DNA of 64,000 bases. Origin: Trichodelitschia bisporula. Its lineage: Eukaryota. Shown in pieces: positions 23,372 through 35,741 of this stretch; the first letter of the stretch is position 1; each line of letters begins with the position of its first letter. The translations under genes were made by a program, and so were the position numbers. The notes beneath the pieces are model-generated. The model was not told the origin of the DNA. It did no database searches and was given only the letters and a program-made list of their open reading frames with translations. Location of the stretch: the NCBI GenBank assembly GCA_010356995.1, contig ML996687.1, positions 1,613,803 to 1,677,802 on the forward strand, read 5' to 3'.

Positions 23372-24928
23372 CTAATTCTCTAGTGCTTTGATAAACCTGT
23401 GAAACGTGACTGCGAGCATGCATCCTAAAGTAGGGCCAGCCCCTGGCGTGACGACGAGTCAGCTCGGAAGCAAAGCTCCGCATTAGGGAGGACAAACAGT
23501 AAACCCAGTGGGTGCGGTCCCACATGTTGGTGACTACACAGGGGCCAAAGCTCCGAGCAGGATTCAACGAGCCCCCCGTCCAATGAACGCCTACAAGTTC
23601 ACCCACAAACAAAGCAGCTCCGACTCCAGCTGGAGCCAAATACGCCCTGGAAAATCAGCCAGGCCCTTCATTCAAGAGCTAGACGCACCGGGTTTTCTCC
23701 TTTGCTAGTACGAGCACTGTAAATACAAGCTCAGCGGAAAGGATGGCTTCGATGAAGAGGCCTCTGACTATCGAGATCTTGTTGTTCAAAACGGTGCGGA
23801 CATCGATATTTGCTGGGAAAAGACCTAGGGCAAGCTCCGAGGCGGCGATACTGCCTGCGATCTGCGCTACAAACAGACAAGCAGCGCGTACACTGCCAAT
23901 GTCGCCGGAAAGAAGAAGCGCCAGAGTCACCTGGCCATGGTGAAAAAGAGACAAGGCAAAGGGGAGGAGCTTACAGCTGGATTGAAATAGGCCCCGGACG
24001 TCCTGCAGAATATCCACGCGTTGACCATGAGACTAAGTCCAAAGGATAGGGATATATACACGAGCGCCTGCAAACCGGCATCTGGCCCCGGACCGGCTGC
24101 TATGGAGCTGAATGCTAAGCCAGAGCTCGATCCCGCGGCTTGAATTCCCGCGAATGCGCAGAAGAGAAACAGCGTCGTTCCAAAAAGCTCGGACAGCGTG
24201 GTAATCATGTGACCTTTGGCACCCCTTCCCTTCCACGGCATTCTCCTCGGACGCGTTCGTAGAGGTTCATCAGAGGCAGGTGGTCCGGCTCCACTAGAAG
24301 GTGGATCCGGTCCAACAGCGACCGAGTAACTAGACTGGTTGGAAGACGAGATCTCGTCTTGCGCTATTGCCGGCGCTGGGGCCGGTAGCACCGGATTCGG
24401 TAGCATAGGATTCGGTAGCATCGGATTAGGGGGCATCGGCTTCGGGGGTATTGGCACCCCTTGGACACTCGATACCCTTACAGGCTCCACGACTCGAACA
24501 CTGCCCCACGACGCACGCCGCCCCCGCCCTCCAGACTTCATATGCTCGCGGGCATCGTAAAAGGACATATGCCGGTGGCGCGGGCCACGCGGCGATTCGG
24601 CCGAGCTCCGGCGACTGGCGGGCGCGGCAAAGTGAGGTCCGGGACTTCCGGCGGCAAAGTCTGACGGCGGAGGAGACGAATCGTTGAGAAACTGTCGCAT
24701 GCTCGGTTGCTTGGAGATCCTTTTTGGCTCGGAATCCGAGGCGATGAATTGTTCCCTGGCTGTAGAGCGCTGAGAGTCGGTTCTCCGAATGCTCAAAGGT
24801 GGTGGTGCATGGCTCCTTGCTGGTGTTTGCCCAGCTCGGGGCTCGTCTCTGGGACCTTGAACGCGACTGTGAGTGTGGGATGGCGTCGTGGGGACGCCTA
24901 GAGACCACCTCGAGTCCGGTGCATTCAT
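23372..24928 (-). CDS. Aquaporin (MIP family) with long N-terminal extension
   Basis: ELFGTTLFLF, SGAYFNPAV, GGSLNPARSFGP, HWVY/WAGP; three introns; stop TAG 23372-23374. Start codon uncertain (first in-frame ATG used). Confidence 0.88.
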
Positions 24929-25532
24929 GTCTGAGGCGATGTCGTGCTGCGCGTGCTGGTGTCCGAAACGAAAAGCCACTCCTGTTGTCAACAGTCAAAC
25001 AAGAGGAACGATTGGAACTCGTCAGCGCAAATCACCACTGCAGATACTCTACCCGACGGAAGACGCGCTTGAGGCGTGTTGTTTACGCATATCGAACGTT
25101 GTCGAATCGGTTGCTAAGGATATAGCAAAGACAGGGAATACTCAATAGGTGGGTCGCTATGGCCAGGGAAGGTGAGGTTGCGCCTCTATAGAGAACGGTA
25201 CTATGAACGGGATAGTGCTTTCATCTCCACATCATTGTATTAAGAACACCCCAGCATGCTTCAGTAGGCGTGAGTTTGGGAAAGGCTGTTACATATTATC
25301 AGCAAAATATGATAGTTGCCGATCGGTCCCTTACTCTTTCGTACACACCTCGCCCAAGTCTACCAACTGCGGATGTATAAAATGCTAACTCCTACGCCAA
25401 ATCACGCTACCGAAACGGAGGTAAATATGCTTCATTCACTCATGCTGGCATGTGGTATCTCGTCGCTGCATAGCCCGAAAGGGCATCCAAAACAAACCGC
25501 CAATCCCAAAACCCAACAACGCCCCAAAACCG

Positions 25533-27821
25533 TTACCGTTCGTACTTTGGCAATGCATGATGCGGGGAATGCTCGTGGAAGTCAAACGCATCCTCACTCA
25601 TGACAGGGGCGTTGGGCGTAAAATTTAAGGCGGCCGACGCGCCTTCACCGGCAAGATCTTCCTCATCTGCATGTGGTGCAGAGCGCTCCATCTCTAGCCG
25701 ACGTCTCTGGAAATCGTGCTTATCTTCCGCGGGTACAGCGGTGGGCGGGTCGTGTTGCTCGTAGGCGGGTGCGCTCGTGCCGTCGCTGAGAGTACTATCC
25801 ATCGGACTCAGCTGCGGCATTGCATGAATCGGAGGATATGCAGACCCGTGAGGCAAGGGCTCGTATGGAAATGGAGCATGACTTGGGAATTCCGGCGCAG
25901 AGGGAAGATGGGTGGACGCCGCAGATGACGCACCTGCCTCATCTGGAGGCTGGCTGGGGAGGAGACGAGTTTCGGCAAGGCGCATTCGTTCCTTTTCCGA
26001 CAATTGGGGCTCCTCTGGCATGGTCGGGATGGGAGCCACAGGGATCGGATACTGTTGGTGGCCGTTTTGGCTCGAGTTCGTCTCGAAAACGTCCTGGCCG
26101 GGGTGTGGATGCTGCTGCAGAGTCGCCTCGCTACCAGCAGTCATGCCACCGAGAATGTTATTCTGCCGTAAATTCGGCGACGACAGCCTCCACGGGCTCT
26201 TTCTTACGCTGTCTCGAGTGCCTATCACAACTTCAAAGACGCAGGACACAACGCTCTTGTCTCGTCGAATCTCCTCCGTGTTGATGAAGTGACCGCCCCA
26301 GGGCGCAAAAATGCTGCCACTTGCTTCCGGTGGTCGACCAGTCATCGCATCTCCGACGCTCAATGCGGTGCCCATCATCCCGGCGTTCGGCAAAAACCTG
26401 TCCAGTCCGGCGAGCTTCCCCTGCAGATCCAGAACCACTTCGACGTAGTACTTGAAGCTGATCATGGACCCAGGAACTGTCGTTATGGAAGGGAAGACCT
26501 CCTCGGGCACCCGCACGGCGGCTTTGATCTCGGCAGATAGAGTGTCGGGATTGATGATAAGTGAGGCAAAAGATTGGGAGAGATCCTTGCGGTATACGTG
26601 GCTAGAGTTCTGCGAAGAGAGGGAGAGACCACCAAGGCCAGTTTTGGATTTCGGAAGGCCATCATCGTCAATTTTGGCCGAAGACACTACGGGTAAGGCT
26701 GGATGCATGTCGACACGTGCCTGGCGATAGAATGTGACTATGACGCCATGCAGGCTGGTCACCTGCTTTGTGTGCTTGACCGATATTTTCATGGGAATAT
26801 TATCGCCACGTAGAAAGCCAGACTTCTGGAGCTCTATGGTGGCCGTGATGGGTTTTCGGGAGGTCCCGTGGCCAGCGGCACGTTTCGAGTTTTCGGTCCT
26901 ACTCTCGCCCGTTCGCGCAGATGGAGCTGCCGAGTCGGCAGCAGACCCGGTGCAGCTGCTTGGGCAGCTGTCGAAGCTCACGTCGCTGGGAACGGGACTT
27001 CTGGGCGGTTCGAGGGCATCAGCCACATCGGTGCCATCCGACGATATAGGATTTGTCGAAAAACTACTGGCTTGTGCTTCCGGGTCCTTTGACGGCTCGG
27101 CGGCAACCACGGTCCGCTTTGGCCGGCGTTTCGTTCCCCTGCGACGCGGGATGGGCTCTAGCGAGATTGTTTGTGGCTTTGGTTGGTATAGGGGAGCGAT
27201 ATCAATGTCCTCGACAAAGGAGACTTTGCGGTCACACGATGTCGTAGGAGATAGCGAGGATAAGGTACTAGGGCGCGTGAGAGTGGACGTGATGATGTAC
27301 GACACCGTGCCACGCTCGAACTAAGACGGGGTCAGTTCCACAATCGGAAGGGATGGTGATGAGCCTACATCAATGCTGGACGGCAACCGGTCCCGCGAGA
27401 AGAAGAGCTCAAAGTTGAATTGGTATGTGCCCTCTCCAAGTCGGCCGTCGCCGCAAAGCACAGCCTCATCCTCGAAAAGCGACACGAATCCATTCCCATA
27501 ATACCCTCCCCCTTTCCTTGTCTTACCGGCAGCAAGCGTGGCCTGGTAGCTGCGGGATCCGTCGCCGGGACTATTGGGCGTCTTGAAGACCTGCGCGAAG
27601 CCGTGCAGGCGGACGACGATGTGCATGACGCTAAAGGGCTTCGCGACTTTGAGCACAACGCTCCCCGTAACGACGTCACCGGGTCCATACTGGCGGTGGG
27701 GGTCATCGGGTTGGATGTAGAAGTCGGATATGTTGCGAGCCTTTGAACCGAAGGGCGCCTTTATTCGGGATAGAAACGATCGTTGGGGTGAGGCCGAGCG
27801 AGTGAAGGAATGGGTTGGCAT
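25533..27821 (-). CDS. palF: pH-response arrestin PalF/Rim8, 2 exons
   Basis: Arrestin N domain (DDPHRQYGPGD..LPSSID/FERGTVSYIITSTLTRP), arrestin C domain (FKYYVEVVLDL), EKERMRLAETRLLPSQPP, PSAP, EDKHDFQRRRL and C-terminal LPKYER. Intron about 27321-27368. Confidence 0.93.
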
Positions 27822-28020
27822 GGTGGGGGATTAAGCGCAAGCGCATAGTGGAGCTTCACCGGAAGGGACGACGCGCCCAGTTCGGTGGCTGCAGAGAAGC
27901 AACGTGGAGTGGGGAGAATGCTGGGAGCTTGGCCACGAAGGGTCGTCTGCTATGGTTGCACCATCCGGGACGAGGGACGGGAGGCTGCGGTAGGGCACGA
28001 GACCACGGGTACCGTAGGGT

Positions 28021-28072
28021 TGGGGGAGGGGTGGGGGGGGGGGGGGGGGGGGGGGGGAGATGGAGGGGGGGG
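28021..28072 (+). repeat. Poly-G / G-tract cluster
   Basis: About 25 consecutive G plus flanking G4-G9 runs, upstream of palF. Confidence 0.9.
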
Positions 28073-28679
28073 ATGAATTGGCGGGTTGGTGCGAAATAGA
28101 TGGCCCGAAATGGACAGTCCGAAAATCAGGTACCGTGTGTTGTTTTGGTAGGGGTGGGGGAGGGTGGGGGTAAATGCGCAATGAATGCGGGTGAGGGATA
28201 AGCTGTCAAGTCCAGGGCAGCATGGGAGGAGAGACGAATGTGTTCTATGAGAGCGAAGGGGTTAGCGGAGCTGGCAGCCATCGCAAAAGAAGTTGCAAGA
28301 GCTGCAGCAGAACTGCAAACCGATGAGGGATCGGGGGCTGTTTCGAGTGCGAGGGAGGGAATGTGGTGTTTGGTAAGGGAGGCGCAGCTGTTAGGTTCTG
28401 CAGTGTTCGGGGTGCGGTCAAAGGCACGACCGGGAAGCAAGGCGGATAGACCAATAACGGGCGCGAAACAGCGCTGCGGCAGCAGTACAGGGTACACGTC
28501 GGAACGCCCAGACAAGACGCAACGTGAGGGAAAGGCGGGGGAGAGATTTTTGCTACTGTAGAGCGCAAATGCTCTCTCCGGATGCTAGGCACGGAAGACG
28601 GAGACGGGAGGGAGTGGGGAAGTGGGGAAAGGGAAAGGTGGGGGGAGGACGAGGAAGAAGAAGAGGGAATGGGATAGAG

Positions 28680-28683
<4 letters not shown>

Positions 28684-28736
<53 letters not shown>
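28684..28736 (+). repeat. (GA)n microsatellite
   Basis: About 26 GA units; a second GA tract lies at about 28960-28993. Confidence 0.95.
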
Positions 28737-28739
<3 letters not shown>

Positions 28740-28960
28740 TGATAAGCAGGAAGAGGGAGAAAAAGTGAGGTGGTGAGATTTTTCAGCTTGAGAACGAGAC
28801 GAGATGCCTCTGAGAAGCGAAGGGATGTGGGGGAACTTTTTGCAGGCCGTTTTCTTCTTGTACTGACCAAAATGCGCGTTGCACGCTTGGCAGCTGTGCA
28901 GTGCCGTGCCAATGCCAAGCAGAATGACGATGGTCGATGAAGTTCTACGTAAAACGTGCC

Positions 28961-28991
<31 letters not shown>

Positions 28992-30626
28992 AGGAAAGGA
29001 GTTGCAGCGGCTACGTCGGATAAGGATTGCTGGGTGCGCGTAGGGGAGAGAAGACAGCGTGCGGAATCGTCAGATGTTGATGTTGCGCGTAGATGTTGCA
29101 CGCAGAGGTTGTATTTGCAAACAGTACAGCCCGGCTGCAAGGAGAGAGATGCGATATGCGCGACAAGCAGAGCCAAGGAAGATGGGGTGAGGGTTAAGAG
29201 GTTGAAAGAGGGAGGCGTGAGAGACGCGTTGAAGAGTGGGGAGATGATTTTGGGGCCGGGGGGTGGTGAGCCAAGGGGGGGGAGGGGAGAGAAGAGAGAG
29301 TGGGCGGAGGGGAGAGAGGGGAGTTGGCGGAGATGTGTCCTACACGCGATGTGACTGGTCACTGGTGGAGGCCTGTACGGTACGGTAGAACTACCGTGGA
29401 GCAGAGAAGCAAACGGCGGGGGGTAGGGATAAAGCAACGGCTGGTGACTATTAATACCTCAGGTATAAAGATTGAGTTCAACTTCATTCAGCGACCGAGA
29501 CAAACATGCACGATGAGATGGGCGATCTGAGGTGCGAGATGCCATGCAAAAAATAGGATGCGACTAACGATGCGACCAGAGATGCTGTCTGCAATGCCAT
29601 ACTGATTGTTCCTGCTATCCTTTTGTACTGTAGTTCTAGTGGACCGCCGCAAAGCAAATCATCTTTAACCGTAACATCCTACGGCATCATCTCGCCAGTC
29701 ACAGATGGTAGCCTGTTCTAGCATTATCGCACGATCGTACACAGCACTTGTCCGCCGGAAGCTTGTCCCTCCATCACAATCTTCTCCTACTCCACGATCT
29801 GCAGTAGCTACCGTAGTGCGGCACCTACCCCACACACTTTCCCTGGAGCCCGGAAAGCCTAACATCAGGGCCACCAAACCCTACAGTACTACGGTACCGT
29901 ACGTGGAGGCTGTTCAAGCATTGCCAAGTCATGTATGGCTTGGATCCAAGGGTCCCTCACGGCATTCTAATAGTCGATAGTGCTCCGGTCCGTCAGTCCC
30001 GACTCCGGCGAGATGCTTGCATCATGGCCGACTTGGCCGGGCCGATGCTTAAAAATACTTTGACGTATCTGAGCGGCGCTATCCTGCTTCGGAATCACGG
30101 CATCATCTCTTCCTATCTAAGATTGTGGTAGGAGTACAAGGCGCACGCATAGCACCTCTGACATTCGACCTGCAATGGTTTGGCAACCCTTCCATCTTGT
30201 CCGGTGGCACACAGAACAGTTCAGCCGGCCGGTTTGGTGACGCAGATGCTCACTGCGGATACGCTCCGTGTATAAATCCACGAGTATTTTCCATATCCAG
30301 ACACGCCAGGCTCCCGCGTTTCACGCAACTCTCCGCCATATCACACTTCTCGTAACAGTTCCCCGGAATGAGGATGGTTCGGGTCGCACCTGCCGCTTTG
30401 ATATGTGCGTTGGTCAGCACCGCCCGCGCTGGAGGAAAGAAAGGGTCCACTACTACGGCGGGAAAATGGTGGAGACAAGAGGATTCTAGTTCTATATCTG
30501 TCACTCTTCTCTTGCTAGCCCATCGTCTCATCCAACTTCCCACCCTAAGTCATACTTCCTACAGATCCTTCCCCTATGTCCTAGATTGTAGACTGAAATG
30601 ATAAAAATATTGACAGCGAAGTCGAC

Positions 30627-32311
30627 ATGCAAGACCCCCAGGCCGCAGGCTCTGCGTCGGATACCACTGGCGAGCAGGCCCTTGCCTTTGACCGCAGGGC
30701 AACGTCCAGGTTACTTCGCAAGATCGACCTTCGACTCATTCCACTACTCGCGCTCCTGTACCTGTACGTCAGCATTCAGTCTGTAGCCCGGCAGCCATAC
30801 TTACTGACGACCCTCCCCCAGTCTTTCCTTCCTTGATAGAACCAACATCGGGAATGCGCGTCTAGCTGGTCTGGAGGCAGACTTGCACCTCAGAGGTCTA
30901 GATTACAACGTGGGTATCCCCGGCACGTCCTGCCAACACGCTGATGAGGCAGAATGCCCTTGCCATATTCTTCCCCTTCTACGTCGCTGCTGAGCTGCCG
31001 TCGAATCTCGTGATGAAGATCACCCGTCCATCTCTGTGGATACCAACAATCATGGTCACATGGGCCGGTATGTGTGTGCTTATGGGACTTGTCAAATCTT
31101 ATGGCGGCCTTTTGGCCATACGCTCGGCCTTGGGCTTTGCCGAGGGCGGACTGTTCCCCGGGGTGACCTTTTAGTAAGTCTGTCCCGAGACACATTGCAG
31201 CTTATAACTGACCTTGTAGTATCACAATGTGGTATCGTCGCCATGAATGCGGACTTCGAATAGCTCTCTTCTTCTCAGCCTCAACAGCCGCCGGAGCTTT
31301 CGGCGGCCTGTTAGCTCCGGCAATCATGCAAATGAATGGGACTGCCCATTTGGCAAGCTGGCGCTGGATTTTTATCCTCGAAGGCTTGGCCACGTTCCTC
31401 ATTGGTATCATTGCACCGAGTCATCCAAGTCGACCGAAAACTCATGGACTGCAGGTTGCCTCGCCTTCTTCGCCATGAACGACTATCCCGATAGAGCTAA
31501 TTTCCTCACCAAGGCTGAAAAAGATGAAGTGCGCCGCCGGCTCCAGGAGGACTCTGGTGGTCTCGGCGACGAGTTCTCTTTCAGGTATGTTGCGGATGCG
31601 CTCGCGGACTGGAGGATCTGGGCCAACTGCTTCATTGCATTGGCTATATTTTGCTCCACATATTCCATTTCGCTCTTCCTGCCAACAATTGTTAAGCATC
31701 TCGGCTACACCAATACAATAGCGCAGCTGATGACCGTCCCGCCTTATGCTGCAGCGTGCATTTGTTGCATCGGATTTGGCTTCACCGCCGACAGGCACGG
31801 TCAACGAGGCATATATATCATCATCTGTGCCCTGATAGCGTAAGTGGCCACCGCGGGCTGCGACCCCAGCTAAACGTCTAGGATTGTGGGATTCTGCATG
31901 CTGCTCGGCTCCACCGACAGTCGGATCAAGTACGCGGGGACCTTCTTCGCTGCCAGTGGCATCTATCCAAATGTGCCTCAATGCGTGGCGTGGAACGGAA
32001 ATAACATTGGTGGCAGCACGAAGCGCAGTGCGGGCATGGCCGTCCAGATCGCGATAGGAAATCTGGGAGGCGTCATGTCGGCGTACTTATTTCTCTCGAA
32101 AGACGCACCAGACTTCAAACGCGGGCATTGGGTGCTGCTCGGCCTGAATGTGCTGGCGGGCCTGCTGGCCCTGGCCATGACCGTCTACTTTCGATTCGAA
32201 AACGCAAGGCGAGACCGCAGGTTCAAGGTTCCCGGTGACTTCACTACGGAGGAGAAGGCGTTGGAGAAATCCAAAGGTGACCAAGCCACATTCTTCCGGT
32301 ACACTATATAA
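30627..32311 (+). CDS. MFS anion:cation symporter (Tna1/Dal5-like carboxylate permease), multi-exon
   Basis: LLRKIDLRLIPLL..LDRTNIGNARLAGLE, ELPSNL, LGFAEGGLFPG, WYRRHE, WRWIFILEG, MTVPPY, C-terminal FRYTI. Start uncertain. Confidence 0.92.
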
Positions 32312-32521
32312 GGGTCCGGAGGTTTCGTGTGCGCTGGTCGTTGCAGCCGGTATGATTTGATGCAGAAACTTCCCTGAGCAAGGCATCAACCCGCCACCCA
32401 GATTAAGTTGGGAGTGGATGAGAGGAAGGGGAAAAAAATGAAGAGTCGCGCTCATGGTGTCGAGACCTGCGACCACAATCGTCTAATATCCGCCCCCTGA
32501 CCGAACAAAGAAATAGTATCT

Positions 32522-33460
32522 CTATAACTTGACATCCCCTTCTCTCCGCCGCTCTGCCATGTTCCGAGCAGCGCTCACCACCAGGGCAACGTGATGGCTG
32601 AGGGCAATGAGATCGCCCTTCTCGTCCATGATGACCACTTCAATATCCAGACGGCCGTTTTGAATCTGCTTTGACCTGGTCCGCACAGCCAGCCACTCGA
32701 CGCCTTCCTTCGGGAGCGCCTTCTTCACGTCAAGGTTCAAGACGACAGTTGGGTACCAAAAGCTGGCGGCAGCGCTCTTCTGGCTGGCTGCTCCAACTTT
32801 GTACGGATCCATGCCGGCAACGTAGCTCTCAACGACCTGAGGAAACATGTCGGCGACATAGCCCAGCGATTCATTGGTGAATCGCTCGCCATCGCGGAAG
32901 ATAATCCATTGATCGTTCATGCTCTTGAGGTACTGGCCTTTCCGCGGAAAGAAGAACCGGACGCGGCTACTCGCTCGCCGGAAGGGCGCAAACGGCATCT
33001 CGCCTTGCTCGGCCCAGTGCTCGTCGGTGCCGGCGTTCAGCTTGGCGAGGTCGACCGGGTAGCGCTCGGGCTCCAGCTTCCAGCCCGACGGGAAGGTCGG
33101 GCCGGTCAGGGTGTCGAGGTTGGCCTGGTTGATGTAGGCGAGAACTTCTTCCCGACCGTGCTGCGTGAGGGTGATGTGGATGGTGGAGGTCTGCCGGCCG
33201 AGCTTCACGTCTTTGACTTTGAAGATGGCGGGACCTACTTCGGTGCGGCGCGGGTACTCGAGATGCATGGTCATGGTGTGGGGTTGGTTCTGAGCGCGAA
33301 GTGTCGTCGCGAAGTGTGCCGATGCGACGCGCATGAAGCATGAAGCGACGTACCCGCCATGGGGAACGCTGCCTATACACCAGTCGCTCTCGAAGTCTGT
33401 GGTGTAGGTGTGGGAATCGATGGCCTTGACGGTGGTCGCATCGGCGAAGGAAACAGCCAT
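32522..33460 (-). CDS. Double-hotdog thioesterase-like protein
   Basis: Intronless 312 aa; WCIGSVPHGGYV, KLGRQTS, GYVADMFP, FWYPTVVLNLDVKKALP, NGRLDIEV; ends VKL. Confidence 0.88.
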   Translation of the reverse strand: MAVSFADATTVKAIDSHTYTTDFESDWCIGSVPHGGYVASCFMRVASAHFATTLRAQNQPHTMTMHLEYPRRTEVGPAIFKVKDVKLGRQTSTIHITLTQHGREEVLAYINQANLDTLTGPTFPSGWKLEPERYPVDLAKLNAGTDEHWAEQGEMPFAPFRRASSRVRFFFPRKGQYLKSMNDQWIIFRDGERFTNESLGYVADMFPQVVESYVAGMDPYKVGAASQKSAAASFWYPTVVLNLDVKKALPKEGVEWLAVRTRSKQIQNGRLDIEVVIMDEKGDLIALSHHVALVVSAARNMAERRREGDVKL

Positions 33461-33970
33461 GATGATCTGAAGTGCGGATGTGGAGGAGATAGATTAATAT
33501 GATCGGCGGAGAGTGAAGTTTATCTGTAAGAGGCACAGCAATGGGCAATGAGCATGAACCTTTTTCAAGGTTGATATGGCTTTAGTTATTGATCTTTCAT
33601 GATGTTCGCGTTCCCCAGCGCGATCGCCCAGGGCCTCGGCAAAGTGAGCACTGTCCGCCGGTTCGGCCCCTGGACCATTGGTTGGCCGAGCGAACATCCT
33701 CGGTGACAAGTTGAGGACCGTGGCACTTTGACCCCCCCAACAGGTTGCGGGTGGGGAGGATTGCTGAATAAATCACATCTTTTGAAGCTCTTCTTTTGAC
33801 ATCTCCTCTCTCTTTTCCTCCGTGCCAATCATTTGTCCCCACCCGAAAAGAGTAAGTAGACAACTCCCATCTACTCTCTCGCATGCCTTTAGCTTTGCGC
33901 TGACCACCCACCAGCCCGGACTCCGCCTTGCTCGGCACTTCTCCAGCCTTTACCCGCCCTCCGCTTAATC

Positions 33971-35741
33971 ATGCCCGTTAGCTCCACCCTCCCTCCGGTC
34001 GAGGTCCCGCAGCAGGACATCTGGGCCTTCCTATTCGAACGTAAGGATCGGGAGTACCCCGATGACAAAGGTGAGTTCGGACCGAAGCAAGCGCAGATAC
34101 TTAATTCGGCCGCTAACTCGCATCTCAAGTCATCTACCGCGATGCCGACACGGGCCGCTCTTACACGTACGCGCAGACCAAGACCGCCGCCCACGAGTTC
34201 GGCAAGGGCCTGAAGGCAGTATGGGAGTGGCGGAAGGGCGACGTCCTCGCGCTCTACTCGCCCAATTGCGTCGACACGCCCGCCATAACATGGGGCACCC
34301 TCTGGGCCGGCGGCATCGTGAGCCCGGCGAACCCCGCCTACAGGGTTGACGAGCTGGCGTTTCAGCTCAAGGACTCCGGTGCCAAAGCCCTCATCACCCA
34401 GTTGCCCTTCCTCGAGAATGCGAGGAAGGCGTGCGCAATTGCTGGCATTCCCGATGATATGATTGCGCTCATTGGCGATGCGCGTGAGCCTAACGGCCGG
34501 ACGAAGCATTTTGGCAGTGTGCGGAACATTTCTGGAGCTACTCGCTATCGTCGCACCAAGATCAAGCCCAATGAGGACCTCGCCTTCCTGGTGTATTCGT
34601 CGGGTACCACGGGAAAGCCCAAGGGCGTGATGCTCACGCATAGCAACATTGTTGCCAATATCCTACAGCTGCACGCCTCTGAGAGCGGCCATCTGGACTG
34701 GAAGGGCCAACACAACAACGAGGGCGACAAGATCCTGGCCTTCTTGCCCTTTTTCCACATCTACGGTGAGACACTACCTATCACCAGAAGGTGCATTGTG
34801 CTAACGGCAGGAACAAAGGTCTCACGTGCCTCATCATGCAGTCGCTCCACCGCGGCTTCCAGCTCGTCGTCATGCCTAAGTTCGAGATCGAGTACTTCTG
34901 CCAGATCATCGAGAAGCATAAGATCACATTCGTGTACCTCGTCCCGCCGGTGCTCCTTCTCCTCACCAAGCACCCCGTCATCGCAAAGTACGACCTCAGC
35001 TCGCTCCGCATGGTCAACTGCGGCGCTGCGCCCCTGACCCACGAGCTGGTACACGCGGTGTACAAGCGCCTACAGCTGCCCGTCAAGCAGGGCTACGGCC
35101 TCTCAGAGACAAGCCCGACCACCCATGTGCAGCCGTGGGAGTCGTGGAAGGACACCATCGGCTCCGTGGGCAAGCTGTTGCCCAACCTTCAGGCCAAGTA
35201 CATTGGCGCGGACGGCGCTGAGTTGCCAGTCGGGCAGGTGGGCGAGCTCTGCGTCAAGGGGCCAAATGTGTTCAAGGGCTACTTGAACCAGCCGGAGATG
35301 ACTAAGCAGGCTTTCACCGAGGATGGCTTCTTCAAGACGGGCGATATCGGATACGAGGACAAGAATAGCTTCTTCTACATCACCGATCGCGTCAAGGAGC
35401 TCATCAAGTACAAGGGCTTCCAGGTCGCACCGGCTGAGCTCGAGGGTCTCCTCCTCGATCATCCCAAGGTCAATGACGCTGCCGTCATCGGCCTACACAG
35501 CAATGAGCAGCATACGGAGCTTCCGCGTGCTTATATCGTGCTTGCGGCTGGAGTGGAGAAGTCTGACAAGACAAAGGCTGAGATCAACGAGTTTGTCAAC
35601 TCGAAGGTGGCGTCGCACAAGAGGCTACGGGGCGGTATCTTCTTCATAGACGAGGTGCCCAAGGGATCTAGCGGGAAGATCCTGAGGAGAGTGCTCAAAG
35701 ACCAGGCGTTGAAGGAGGAGGAGCTCAAGGCGAAGTTGTGA
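33971..35741 (+). CDS. 4-coumarate/phenylacetate-CoA ligase-like AMP-binding enzyme, peroxisomal, 3 exons
   Basis: YSSGTTGKPKG, LPFFHIYG, QGYGLSETSP, GELCVKGPNVFKGY, TGD, DRVKELIKYKGFQVAPAELE, SGKILRR; PTS1 AKL. Confidence 0.93.

Noticed and set aside
28553..29437. 294-aa ORF with LSLSLS runs, and ERERER ORFs on the other strand
   Set aside because: Translation of GA microsatellites; non-ATG start, no domain.
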